DNA of 64,000 nucleotides from Macrostomum hystrix (Eukaryota; Animalia; Platyhelminthes), in assembly GCA_950097015.1 (NCBI GenBank), contig CATNEN010000003.1, positions 7,812,001 to 7,876,000 of the forward strand, given 5' to 3'. The translations under genes and the position numbers were made by a program. Below, piece after piece: positions 14,216 to 27,009 of this stretch (position 1 is its first letter; each line of letters begins with the position of its first letter). The notes beneath the pieces are model-generated. The model saw only the letters and a list, made by a program, of their open reading frames with translations, was not told the origin of the DNA and did not search any database.

Positions 14216-14611
14216 CCTTGACCCAATGAACCCATATGTACAGTTAAAATTATATATATATATATCAAATCTAATTTAAGCTATTAAAACTATTAAATTT
14301 TCCATCCACGATTCTAACTTTCAAGATAAAAATTTGGAAAATTTTTGAAAAATCTGAAATTCTTTCATCATAATTTCGCACTTTAAAAAATATCTTTTTT
14401 TATAGTAGACTAAATAGTAACTATGCAAATAAAAGTTCCCAAGATTGATGTTTCATTATTTCTGGTGTGAGGTTGCGTCTAGTGCGTTCGTTTCACCTCA
14501 TACTAATGACTTAGCACTCGAGAAAACGGACTCAAGTTCTCAAGACTGCGTGTGTGGTAAGTAAATAGCAAATTGTAACGTTCTAGCTAAATTCTGTTTG
14601 CCTAAGAACAG

Positions 14612-14648
<37 letters not shown>
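14612..14648. repeat. (CTG)n microsatellite
   Basis: About 12 CTG units. Confidence 0.9.
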
Positions 14649-14649
<1 letters not shown>

Positions 14650-14831
14650 CGGAATAGAGAAGGTTTTCTAGCATTCTAGCAATTTCCCACAAGCCTTCAG
14701 AAACTAAGCCTTTACGCTCGTATCCAATCTGCCTGAAGGTATCTCTTGTTAAAGTACTTTGCTTTTGTCTCTTTAGTCAGATGTATATTCTGGTTATTTG
14801 ATTGTTTTGCTTTTCATGCCCAGTACCACAA

Positions 14832-15210
14832 TAATAATAATAATAATAATAATAATAATTGCAGGAGGGCTGTGGGCAATGACACATAATTTGGTGACAC
14901 TAGACCCGCAGCCAGCGAGCAGGCAATTCTGCCCATTTCGCTGACTCCTGAGCACACACGCACAGATACTGTACGCAGGCACACGCTCACACAGGTGTGT
15001 ACATCTGCCCTGACTTTCTCATCGTCAGGCAGTGTACACTCTCACTGTGCCTTGGAGGTTGGCCCTCAAGGGCGTAAATTGCACGACAAGCCCCCAAGCC
15101 TTCTCTCCGCGGCTGCGCCCCAAATAAATGTGGCCTCGCCGCGGAATCGAACTTAGGGACCTTGGTGCGAGAGGCAAACGCGTTAACCGCTCTGCCACCG
15201 ACCCCCCCTG
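14832..15210 (-). mobile_element. Full-length tRNA-derived SINE with (ATT)n tail and 11-bp TSD
   Basis: Minus strand has an A-box (TGGCAGAGCGG), a B-box (GTTCGATTCC), a ~330-bp body and an ATT-repeat tail. Direct repeat CAGTACCACAA at 14821-14831 and 15211-15221. Confidence 0.9.
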
Positions 15211-15874
15211 CAGTACCACAACTGCAAAGCTGTTCTGTATCCTTCGATTTAGTTAGTGAGCAAGAGTATAAACTCATGATATCCTTTGTTATTTATTATA
15301 AATATCCTGCAGAATCGAGCTCAAGACCTTGGCATTACATTTTAATAATATTAATCCATCTCAATTTAGCTAGAGTTTTGTCTCAATAATCTTTCCTAGA
15401 ATTATCAAAACGAAGTAATCGTTTTATTTCAATTTATTTTCTGTCTACGTCTCTACACCTACAGGTCCCCACTAAAAACTTATTCCCTTGGTAACTAGTC
15501 CTGTGTTTATTATTCCCAGATACCAAACCGGAATCTAGATAGTCATTGAAGCAGCATTCTGAGAGCGGAAGTCACACGCCATTAGGCGGTGCAAAACAAC
15601 AGGATTCGCTGACAACTATTGTTCAAAGACATTATTTGGTATTGTTTAAGTCACGTATAGTCTGCTGGCTATTTCAGTTGCTAGAGAAATAAAAATACTT
15701 TTTGACAAAGGATTATTCACTAGTTTGCAGACAATTTCCTGTTCATTTGGTTAGGCGAGTCAAGGGAAGCTGTATAGCTATCTAAGTAATAATAAACACA
15801 ATTGTACAAAAATGTAATTGTGTAATAAAAAAATTTACTATTATGCTTTTCTGGGGAAAATAATTGATAAAAAA

Positions 15875-16950
15875 GGAGATGAGAGAGGTGAGAGAGATGA
15901 GATGAGGGGGTGAGAGAGGTGAGAGAAGGGAGAGAGATGAGAGAGGTGAGTGAGGTGAAAGAGGTGAGAGAGATGAGAAAGGTGAGAGAGATGAGAGAGG
16001 TGAGATAGATGAGAGAGGTGAGTGAGGTGAAAGAGGTGAGAGAGATAAGAGAGGTGAGAGTGATGAGAGAGATAAGAGAGATAAGAGAGGTGAGAGTGAT
16101 GAGAGAGATAAGAGAGGTGAGAGAGGTGAGAGTGATGAGAGAGATAAGAGAGGTGAGAGAGGTGAGAGTGATGAGAGAGATGAGAAAGGCGAGAGAGATG
16201 AGAGAGGTGAGATAGATGAGAGAGGTGAGTGAGGTGAAAGAGGTGAGAGAGATGAGAAAGGTGAGAGAGATGAGAGAGATGAGAGAGGTGAGAGAGATGA
16301 GAGAGGTGAAAGAGGTGAGAGAGATAAGAGAGGTGAGAGTGATGAGAGAGATAAGAGAGATAAGAGAGGTGAGAGAGATGAGAGAGGTGAAAGAGGTGAG
16401 AGAGATAAGAGAGGTGAGAGTGATGAGAGAGATAAGAGAGGTGAGAGAGGTGAGAGTGATGAGAGAGATGAGAAAGGCGAGAGAGATGAGAGAGGTGAGA
16501 TAGATGAGAGAGGTGAGTGAGGTGAAAGAGGTGAGAGAGATGAGAAAGGTGAGAGAGATGAGAGAGATGAGAGAGGTGAGAGAGATGAGAGAGGTGAAAG
16601 AGGTGAGAGAGATGAGAAAGGTGAGAGAGATGAGAGAGGTGAGATAGATGAGAGAGGTGAGTGAGGTGAAAGAGGTGAGAGAGATAAGAGAGGTGAGAGT
16701 GATGAGAGAGATAAGAGAGATAAGAGAGGTGAGAGTGATGAGAGAGATAAGAGAGGTGAGAGAGGTGAGAGTGATGAGAGAGATAAGAGAGGGTAGAGAG
16801 GTGAGAGTGATGAGAGAGATGAGAGAGGTGAGATAGATGAGAGAGGTGAGTGAGGTGAAAGAGGTGAGATAGATGAGAGAGGTGAGAGAGATGAGAGAGG
16901 TGAGATGAGATAAATGAGAGAGATGAGAGAAGGGATAGAGAGAGGAGACA
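15875..16950. repeat. GA-rich low-complexity repeat (gagagaggt/gagagagat 9-bp units) with higher-order duplication
   Basis: Purine-rich tandem array; source of the spurious ~400-aa ORFs. Confidence 0.95.
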
Positions 16951-17654
16951 GTGGAGAACATAACCAGATACGCTGAAGCAATGAGAGATTTTGAGGCAGA
17001 GACAAAGCAACAGAAAGTATTGATCTTTCATGTTTTTTGTGGCTTGAATTCAGTTTAGATTGTTTTTAAAACTAAATAAAAAAGCGAAGGAAGAGCATTG
17101 CATTTGGTTATGGGAAAAAAGCACAATTTTTCTATGGGAGAAAAAAGTAAATTGAAAAACCGCACGAAACCTATGCATCTATATAGGTCGAATTTGAGGC
17201 TAAAACTGCATGAACGAAAAAATCAACAGCATAATCATGTGACGCGGAGTTAGCAGATTAAGCTAATCCAAATATCCTGTGAACGATGCTATATAACACG
17301 CTAACTTATTTCACACAATGCTTTGTAGCTTTGACTAGTAGATAGCAGCACTCATCCCACCATTATAGACCATTTAGGATGAGAATTCAGGCATTTTGAA
17401 AGCGTATCTTTCATTCTAAAAAATCGATTTTAATACAGTTATACACAGTAAAATTTTTTTATAAAAAAAGAATATTTGCCTATTGTTCAGCTAAAAGCCG
17501 AGAACAGTTCTGGTTTAAGCTAGATAAGTAAAAAGGCAAATGGGGAGTTTGAGTCAAATGTAAGTCAAATGATAATTTGACTTACCAAAGTCTTTGAAAG
17601 CTTTGTACTTTAAGATATTTCGGCTCGACACTAAATTTACAATTTTGAGCCGTA

Positions 17655-18410
17655 TGTTACCTGTTGGACAGGCAGTGCGACCTGTTACCTGTTCGACAGG
17701 CAGTGCTACCTGTTACCTGTTGGACAGGCAGTGCTACCTGTTACCTGTTCGACAGGCAGTGCTACCTGTTACCTGTTGGACAGGCAGTGCTACCTGTTAC
17801 CTGTTGGACAGGCAGTGCGACCTGTTACCTGTTAGACAGGCAATGCTATCTGTTACCTGTTAAACAGATGGTGCAACTTGTTAGACAGGCAATCCTACCT
17901 GTTACCTGTTGGACAGGCAGTGCGACCTGTTACCTGTTCGACAGGCAGTGCTACCTGTTACCTGTTGGACAGGCAGTGCTACCTGTTACCTGTTCGACAG
18001 GCAGTGCTACCTGTTACCTGTTGGACAGGCAGTGCTACCTGTTACCTGTTGGACAGGCAGTGCGACCTGTTACCTGTTAGACAGGCAATGCTATCTGTTA
18101 CCTGTTAAACAGATGGTGCAACTTGTTAGACAGGCAATCCTACCTGTTACCTGTTAGACAGGCGGTGCGAGCTGTTCGACAGGCGGTGCTACCTGTTAGA
18201 CAGGCGGTGCTAGCTGTTAGACAGGCAATACTATCTGTTACCTGTTAGACAGGCAATGCTATCTGTTACCTGTTAGACAGGCAATGCTATCTGTTACCTG
18301 TTAGACAGGCAATGCTATCTGTTACCTGTTAGACAGGCAATGCTATCTGTTACCTGTTAGACAGGCAATGCTATCTGTTACCTGTTAGACAGCTACCTGT
18401 TAGTCAAGCG
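17655..18410. repeat. 28-bp minisatellite (gttacctgttggacaggcagtgctacct) with a 245-bp higher-order duplication
   Basis: Identical blocks begin at 17664 and 17909. Confidence 0.93.
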
Positions 18411-18809
18411 GTGCTACTTCCAGCTTGACTGTGCTGTGTAATTGTTGCCCATAATAAAGTGTACTAAACCATTATATACACCGCTCGCATTGGACAACAT
18501 AATATAGTTTGTAAACCACCAAATTTGTCATAAATCTAGTTAGCCAAATTGGTGAACTTTTAGCGCAGTAAACAAAAGCAAAGCAAAATCTAGATTGTGA
18601 TTGACAAAAGTATTGACTAAATGAATATTTCACTGTGCAATAATAGTTAGAGTATACTCAGTAATAGACTCATGGGATTTAGCAGACTATAAGCCATACG
18701 TTAGGCGATAAAAACGCTTTTAGATGTAAGAACCCTTGAGAAACACTAAATATAGAACAATTTGCATCCTTCCTGCCATGCCAGGGGCAATTTGCAGCGA
18801 TTCTAACTG

Positions 18810-20365
18810 GAGTGTTTGCTGCGATTCTAGCGTCGATTCTTAAAACTGTTTTGCTGCGATTCTAGCGTCGATTCTTAATACTGTTTTGCTGCGATTCTAG
18901 CGTCGATTCTTGCTACTGTTTTGCTACGATTCTAGCATCGATTCTTGATACTGTTTTGCTGCGATTCTAGCGTAAATTCTTGATACTGTTTTGCTGCGAT
19001 TCTAGCGTAAATTCTTGATACTGTTTTGCTGCGATTCTAGCGTCGATTCTTGATACTGTTTTGCTGGGATTCTAGCGTCGAATCTTAAAACTGTTTTGCT
19101 GCGATTCTAGCGTCGATTCTTAATACTGTTTTGCTGCGATTCTAGCGTCGATTCTTGCTACTGTTTTGCTGCGATTCTAGCATCGATTCTTGAAACTGTT
19201 TTGCTGCGATTCTAGCGTCAATTCTTAATACTGTTTTGCTGCGTTTCTAGCGTCGATTCTTGATACTGTTTTGCTGCGATTCTAGCGTCGATTCTTGATA
19301 CTGTTTTGCTGCGATTCTAGCGTCATTTCCTAATACTGTTTTGCTGCGATTCTAGATACAGTTTTGCTGCGATTCTAGCGTAAATTCTTGATACTGTTTT
19401 GCTGCGATTGTAGATACAGTTTTGCTGCGATTCTAGATACAGTTTTGCTGCGATTCTAGCGTCAATTCTTGCTACAGTTTTGCTGCGATTCTTGATACTG
19501 TTTTGCTGCGATTCTAGCGTCGATTCTTGATACTGTTTTGCTGCGATTCTAGCGTTGATTCTTGCTACTGTTTTGCTGCGATTCTAGCGTCGATTCTTGA
19601 TACTGTTTTGCTGCGATTCTAGCGTCGATTCTTGCTACTGTTTTGCTGCGATTCTAGCGTCGATACTTGCTACTGTTTTGCTGCGATTCTAGCGTCGATA
19701 CTTGCTACTGTTTTGCTGCGATTCTAGCGTCGATACTTGATACTGTTTTGCTGCGATTCTAGCGTCATTTCCTAATACTGTTTTGCTGCGATTCTAGATA
19801 CAGTTTTGCTGCGATTCTAGCGTAAATTCTTGATACTGTTTTGCTGCGATTGTAGATACAGTTTTGCTGCGATTCTAGATACAGTTTTGCTGCGATTCTT
19901 GATACTGTTTTGCTGCGATTCTAGCGTCGATTCTTGATACTGTTTTGCTGCGATTCTAGCGTTGATTCTTGCTACTGTTTTGCTGCGATTCTAGCGTCGA
20001 TTCTTGATACTGTTTTGCTGCGATTCTAGCGTCGATTCTTGCTACTGTTTTGCTGCGATTCTAGCGTCGATTCTTGATACTGTTTTGCTGCGATTCTAGC
20101 GTCGATTCTTGCTACTGTTTTGCTGCGATTCTAGCGTCGATACTTGCTACTGTTTTGCTGCGATTCTAGCGTCGATACTTGCTACTGTTTTGCTGCGATT
20201 CTAGCGTCGATACTTGCTACTGTTTTGCTGCGATTCTAGCGTCGATTCTTGATACTGTTTTGCTGCGATTCTAGCGTTGATTCCTAATACTGTTTTGCTG
20301 CGATTCTTGATACTATTTTGCTGCGATTCTAGCGTCGATTCTTGCTACAGTATTGCTGCGATTCC
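18810..20365. repeat. 35-bp minisatellite (ctgttttgctgcgattctagcgtcgattcttgata)
   Basis: Direct tandem repeat with shortened variants. Confidence 0.95.
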
Positions 20366-21044
20366 ATAATTTTTTTCACTTATGTGACTAAAGCTACGAT
20401 AACCGTTAGGGTGTTGTGGCGATACCAGGTTATTTTTCCGGTATGAAATTAGTCACAAACGTCCAAAGAAAAACAAAACAAAATTAACACACTGGGTATC
20501 AACAAGTTATCGAAACCTAAATAGCTTTCTAGATATCTTTTAAGTGAACCAGTTATATTTCTGATACAACAGCAAGCCGGGTACATAATACGTAATAAAG
20601 AATACACACAGAGAAATTTGACCACGGTCACATAAGCCCAAAAATTGCCATTGTATTTTGCTAGCAAAGAAAGCATACAGAATGGACAGAGAAACACATA
20701 GAGACAAATAAACTAAATAAACGGAATTAAACTGTAAATATTAAACCGCTTCTACAATTAAATTTTTTAAATTAAAAACAGTTTCAATGTTTATTTTAAT
20801 AGTGGAATGAGAGAGCCAGTATAAGTTTATACTTTCTTCAATGCTTAATAAACATAATCGAAATAAACAACACACAAAATTTCTAACAAAGAGACAGATA
20901 ATGAATAAGCATTGCTAAACAAATGCCTTTTAATCAGCAGAATTCAATTACCAAATAAGTTGTGTACTGGATGTCAGATAAAATGTTTTAGTAAACTTAA
21001 GAATTCATTGCTAGACCTCAAATACGGTTGAACATAGCTCATCC

Positions 21045-22010
21045 ATGTCTCATCTCTCCCGTGTGTCATATATCTTATGTATCATCTCTCCCGCATGTCA
21101 TCTCTCCCGAGTCTCATCTCTCCCGTGTCTCATCTCTCCCGAGTCTCATCTCTCCCGTGTCTCATCTCTCCCGAGTCTCATCTCTCCCGTGTCTCATCTC
21201 TCCCGAGTCTCACCTCTCCCGTGTGTCCTATCTCTTATGTATCTTCTCTCCCGCATCTTATCTCTCCCGAGTCTCACCTCTCCCGCATCTCATCTCTCCT
21301 GTGTCTCACCTCTCCCGTGTCTCACCTCTCCCGCATCTCACCTCTCCTGTGTCTCATCTCTCCCGAGTCTCATCTCTCCTGTGTCTCATCTCTCTCGTGT
21401 CTCATCTCTCCTGTGTCTCACCTCTCCCGTGTCTCATCTCTCCCGAGTCTCATCTCTCCCGTGTCTCATCTCTCCCGAGTCTCATCTCTCCCGTGTCTCA
21501 TCTCTCCCGAGTCTCATCTCTCCCGTGTCTCATCTCTCCCGAGTCTCATCTCTCCCGTGTCTCATCTCTCCCGAGTCTCATCTCTCCCGTGTCTCATCTC
21601 TCCCGAGTCTCATCTCTCCCGTGTGTCCTATCTCTTATGTATCTTCTCTCCCGCATCTTATCTCTCCCGAGTCTCACCTCTCCCGCATCTCATCTCTCCT
21701 GTGTCTCACCTCTCCCGTGTCTCATCTCTCCCGAGTCTCATCTCTCCCGTGTCTCATCTCTCCCGAGTCTCATCTCTCCCGTGTCTCATCTCTCCCGAGT
21801 CTCATCTCTCCCGTGTCTCATCTCTCCCGAGTCTCATCTCTCCCGTGTGTCCTATCTCTTATGTATCTTCTCTCCCGCATCTTATCTCTCCCGAGTCTCA
21901 CCTCTCCCGCATCTCATCTCTCCTGTGTCTCACCTCTCCCGAGTCTCATCTCTCCCGTGTCTCATCTCTCCCGTGTCTCATCTCCCCCTGTCTCATCTCT
22001 CCCGTGTCTC
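21045..22010. repeat. 16-bp minisatellite (gtctcatctctcccgt/ga)
   Basis: Direct tandem repeat downstream of the SLC33A1 stop. Confidence 0.95.
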
Positions 22011-22237
22011 TTATAAAAAATGCCAGAAGTCAGCAGAAAAGCTATCAAATAGATAATGATAAACGAAGAGAATTGAAAGAGAAATACTCCTTGCTGAAGC
22101 TTAGACAAAAGGGCACCAAGAGAACACAAACAAAACAAAATAGGACAAGAAAAAAGACAGAAAACACGAGCAGAATCCAAATCCAACATTTTTAAGTCCA
22201 CATTTATATAGGGTTGTTGGACAAACACATAAAATGG

Positions 22238-25093
22238 TCAAGTGACCTTCCAGTGAACAAGCGGCAGGTTTTCCAACTGGCGAAACACGCTGCGCACTTT
22301 AAACAGAACTACAATGCCCAATAAAAAGCACAGGCCAGATTGAATGTAGTAGCCATCGATGATAGTGACGCAATCAGGTTTAGCAGGCTGATTAGCTGAG
22401 TCTGTGGCACTGGTGCTGGAGCACGATTTAATAGACATCGATTCTACTACGAATAGTAGAAATGTAACTGGGGCGCTGCCGGCTGCAAATTGGAAAATAT
22501 TTAACGGCGCTCGTTTGCTGATAATGCTACTCATAGTAGGCAAGTTAGAATATTAAAACTAAGTTTTATGAGCTGTTTCTTCATGTATTATGGCTGCGCT
22601 GTAAGCTAGATGACTCCATTATCACTTTTATCCTTTGCCATTCTACCTCGCCATTCCCTTTCTAAGATCTCCCTCGCCTTTCCCTTCTAGATCTCCCTCG
22701 CTATTCCCCTTAAAGATCTCCCTCGCCATTCCCCTTAAAGATCTCCCTCGCCCTAACCTTCTAAATCTCCCCCGCCCTTACCCTTCTAGATCTCCCTCGC
22801 CCTAACCTTCTTAATCTCCCTCGCCCTAACCTTCTTAATCTCCCTCGCCCTAACATTCTTAATCTCCCTCGCCCTAACCTTCTAAATCTCCCTCGCCCTA
22901 ACTTTCTTAATCTCCCTCGCCCTAACCTTCTTAATCTCCCTCGCCCTAACCTTCTAAATTTCCCTCACCCTAACCTTCTTAATCTCCCTCGCCCTAACCT
23001 TCTAGATTTCCCTCGCCCTTCCATTCAAGATCTCCCTCGCCCTAACCTTCTAGATTTCCCTCGCCCTAACCTTCTAGATTTCCCTCGCCATTCCATTCAA
23101 GATCTCCCTCGCCCTAACCTTCTAGATTTCCCTCGCCATTCCAATCAAGATCTCCCTCGCCCTAACCTTCTAGATTTCCCTCGCCCTAACCTTCTTAATC
23201 TCCCTCGCCCTTACCCTTCTAGATTTCCCTCGCCCTAACCTTCAAGATTTCCCTCGCCATTCCATTCAAGATCTCCCTCGCCCTAACCTTCTAGATTTCC
23301 CTCGCCCTTCCATTCAAGATCTCCCTCGCCCTTACCCTTCTAGATCTCACTTCGCATTCTCCCTCCCCTACTTCCTCGCCATTTGTCTTCTCCGTGCTTC
23401 ACAACTCACCCAAATTAGTAACCGTATTCAGCAGAGTCATATAGGTGCCGCCAACATTAGGATCTGATATCTTGGCGTGAAAAGCCATCTGCGACACAAA
23501 CATGGCGTACATAAACACCTGATGGGCTAGATAAGCAGCGGCTACAATGGCAAAATAGTGCCAAGGAAATCCGCCAGCGCTAGTAGATCCGGTTGACGCC
23601 AATCTGAACCAAGGTGTCACCCAGACTAAGCCAGCAAACAGCAAGCCAAGCAGCAGTCTAGGCAATGCGCTCTTAGTATACAAGGACAATGGCTTATCGC
23701 CAACGTGGCGACTCAATATGACCGGCAGAACCAATTGAAACGGTGTCACAACAACGCCTAATAGGGCCAGACGCTCCTTAGTAACTCCGGCTTCGATTAA
23801 TTTCAAACCGGTCATACCGTCAGCGGCGGCAAACGCGGATTTCAATAGGCACAGGCAGACTAGGTAGCGCAATACGGGACGTAGGCGCATCACCTTAGCT
23901 AGGATGGCATAGGTTTCACCAACTCCCAAATTATCTTCGATAGAATCTTGGCCATAGTTGATTGGCTGTTGTTCTCGGCGAAAGATTAGACAAATAGTTG
24001 TCACGAGGAATACTAGGCCCCAGAAACGTAGAAAGCCTGACAGGCTTACCTGTAGAAATTAATTATTAAAGCATTCTTTTATTTAAGCGGCAGGACTTCA
24101 ACTTCGAGCTTCAGGCGAATATTCAGCTTCAGATCGAGTCTAGCTTCAGGTGTAGATGTACTAGCTTCAGGTAAAAATCAACGAGCTTCAGGAGCTACTG
24201 TACTAGCAAGTGTAGATCTACCAACTTCAGGTCTAAATCTACTAGCTTCAGGTCTAAATCTACTAGCTTCAGGTCTAAATCTACTAGCTTCAGGTCTAAA
24301 TCTACTAGCTTCAGGTCTAAATCTACTAGCTTCAGGTCTAAATCTACTAGCTTCAGGTCTAAATCTTTAGGCAATATACTAGCTTCAGGTCTAAATCTTT
24401 AGGTAATATACTAGCTTCAGGTCTAAATCTACTAGCCTATTGGGTAAAATCTACAAATGAGAGGGTAAATCCTCTAATGAGGGTAAATCTACTTCAGAAG
24501 TAAATATTTTAGCTTCAGATATGACATCCTTCAGGCCCTTAAATTTTAGCTTCAGGCCCTTGAATTCTAGCTTCAGGCCCTTGAATTCTAGTTTCAGGCC
24601 CTTAAACTCTAGCTACAGGCCTTCCCATTATAGCTTCAGGCCTTCCCATTATAGCTTCAGGCCTTCCCATTATAGCTTCAGGCCCTTGAATTCTAGCTTC
24701 AGGCCTTCCTATTATAGCTTCAGGCCCTTGAATTCTAGTTTCAGGCCCTTGAACTCTAGCTTCAGGCCTTCCCATTATAGCTTCAGGCCCTTGAATTCTA
24801 GTTTCAGTCCCTTGAACTCTAGCTTCAGGCCTTCCCATTATAGCTTCAGGCCCTTGAATTCTAGTTTCAGGCCCTTGAATTCTAGCTTCAGGCCTTCCCA
24901 TTATAGCTTCAGGCCCTTAAACTCTAGCTTCAGGCCTTCCCATTATAGCTTCAGGCCCTTCTCTTCTAGATTCTACCTTCAGGCGAGTTCCATTTTACCA
25001 TCAGGCCCTTTAATTCTTCCTTTAGGCCCCTCAATTCCATCATCAGATTCTTCAGTTCAAAGCCACAAGTCCCGACCAACAAACTAATAAGTC

Positions 25094-25126
<33 letters not shown>

Positions 25127-26903
25127 TGCAGGAGGGCTGCGAGCAGTGGCACACCATTCGGTGACACTAGACCCGCAGCCAGCGAGGAGGCAATTCTGCC
25201 CATTTCGCTGACTCCTGAGCACACACGCACAGATACTGTACACTCTCACTGTGCCTTGAAGGCTGGCCCTCAAGGGCGAAAATTGCAAGACAAGCCCCCA
25301 AGCCTTCTCTCCGCGGCTGCGCCCAGAATAAATGCGGCCTCGCCATGGAATCGAACTTAGGGACCTTGGTGCGAGAGGCAAACGCGTTAACCGCTCTGCC
25401 ACCGACCCCCTACTCACCAGTCCAACTGGCCTGGGTTCATTGCGCAGCCAGGAGTTGCAGAACTCAGGCGATTCCAAAGCCAGAAACAGCACGTAGGCGA
25501 TGAAGTAGCCGGCTGTTTGGCCAACGGAATTGCAGCCGGATGCCCAGGCAACATTGCGGCGGCTGAGCATTGTCAGGGCCCAGCCGTCGACAGCAATGTC
25601 CTGAGTGGCGGCTAAGAATGTTAGGGAGAAAAATCCCACCGCGAGTGGAATTACTCGAACAGGTCCGGGCGGATTATCGCCGAGAAGGGCGTCAGTGGAG
25701 CCGGCCAATAGGATCATAGATGCGGCTAAGCCGAATTGCACTGGAATTAGCCAGGATTTGCGTCTACCAAATCTGGCCGAATAGATCGAATCGACTAGCG
25801 GAGCCCACAGTAGCTTCAATGAGAATGGCCAGAATACGAAGGAGAATGTGCCCTGCTCGGCGTAGCTCACCTGGCGTTAATAAAAAATATAAATGCACTT
25901 TAGCCGTAAAAGCCGATATGTATCGAAAAAAAGTAATTTCTATACAAACTATCTCGGCAAATTTAACTAGCCGAATGCCCAAAATGCATGTTGAAATATT
26001 ATTCAAGCACCTGGATTAATAAGTTGAACAACTAGCCGATATGTATCAAAAAAGTTATTACTAAGTAAACTAATTCGAAAAGTAAAATAAGCCTATATGC
26101 ATACAAATCCATACAAATAAAATTGGATTAGCAAATCGAACAACTATCCGATATGTATCGAAAAAGTTATCGGCTAGGCAAACTATTGATAAAAATAGAA
26201 GTAAAGAGAGTGGATTGGCAAACTCAACAACTAGCCGATATGTATCGAAAAAGCTAAAAGTCTAAGCAAGTTCTATAATACACGGCAATTAGATAGAAAG
26301 GCGTAGCATTGTGTACTAGGAAGGTCCAAAAACTCATCCATATTTTTGCCTTAAGCAAATGAATAAATTATAATAATTAATAGTCTCATGCTTTAGCACA
26401 CACGTAGTTTCCGCTAGACTGGGATTCGAACTCCAGACCTCCAGGAATTACACGTCTCTCCTATTTTTTGAGACACAAAATTCAATAGATCTCACCTTTC
26501 TAGATGTTAGGATGTATGGCACGGAACCGGCTAGACCAAGCGGTATGCCCTGCAACACGTAGAGAAATGTCAATAGGAGTACCGATCTGCGATCTTCCGG
26601 ACTCATTTCGCCCAACGATTGGGCCGATAATTCTCCCATGCCAGGATGGGGATTTGAATGGCGCTCAGGAGAATTTGAACTCAGCAATTGATGAGCGGCC
26701 TCTTCAAATTCTGGCGCCGTGGATGTAGTCGATCCGCTGGAATGATTGTCATTTTCTACATCGTTGTCGTCGGTTAGATCGCCACTTTTAAACAATGGGC
26801 TGGGATCTTCCGGAGCATTGAGCTTCATTGGCTGCTGCTGCTGCTGCTTCAGGCTGCTTGCACCGCTGCTGCCTGAGCGACGCTGGCGAGTAGCTGGCGA
26901 CGG
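22238..26903 (-). CDS. SLC33A1: Acetyl-CoA transporter 1 (MFS, AT-1). Exons 26903(or 26828)-26496, 25870-25418, 24049-23410, 22482-22238
   Basis: Family motifs LLTFLYVLQGIPLGLAGSVP, WPFSLKLLWAPLVDS, GRRKSWLIP, FLAATQDIAVDGWALTMLSRRNV, MFVSQMAFHAKISDPNVGGTYMTLLNTVTNL, DGYYI. All GT-AG junctions keep frame. Start site uncertain. Confidence 0.95.
22640..23375. repeat. ~24-bp minisatellite (tctccctcgccctaaccttcttaa) in the last SLC33A1 intron
   Basis: Direct tandem repeat. Confidence 0.93.
24100..24965. repeat. Two related 21-bp minisatellites sharing a tagcttcagg core
   Basis: tactagcttcaggtctaaatc (~24230-24435) and tagcttcaggcccttgaattc (~24530-24960). Confidence 0.92.
25094..25410 (-). mobile_element. 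tRNA-derived SINE copy with internal deletion, starting ~7 nt after a splice donor
   Basis: Near-identical to 14832-15210 including A/B boxes and ATT tail; lacks the central hairpin segment. Confidence 0.9.
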
Positions 26904-27009
26904 CTGATGAAGATTGGGTCGGAAACATGATTAATTAGCTAAGTAAGGGGGCGGAACAGAGGGCGGAAAATACTTTATTTGAGGCGAAAAACTAGTAAAT
27001 TGTTTATGG

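Noticed and set aside
14997-15039. Possible hammerhead ribozyme in the SINE (CUGACGA..GAAA..GUC)
   Set aside because: No helix II or III can form, helix I is mis-registered at the cleavage site, and the bases pair better as one simple hairpin; the loop is not conserved in the 32.2-kb copy
15135-15210. tRNA gene
   Set aside because: A/B boxes are present, but they are the head of a SINE with body, tail and TSD
15720-17031. Three ~400-aa minus-strand ORFs (SLISLT / SPLS / HLSH repeats)
   Set aside because: Translations of a GA-rich tandem repeat that lacks stops on that strand; no domain content
7988-20365. CRISPR-like arrays
   Set aside because: Repeats are head-to-tail with no unique spacers, no cas genes are present, and the context is eukaryotic
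21028-22195. Three overlapping 320-370-aa ORFs
   Set aside because: Products of the 16-bp minisatellite
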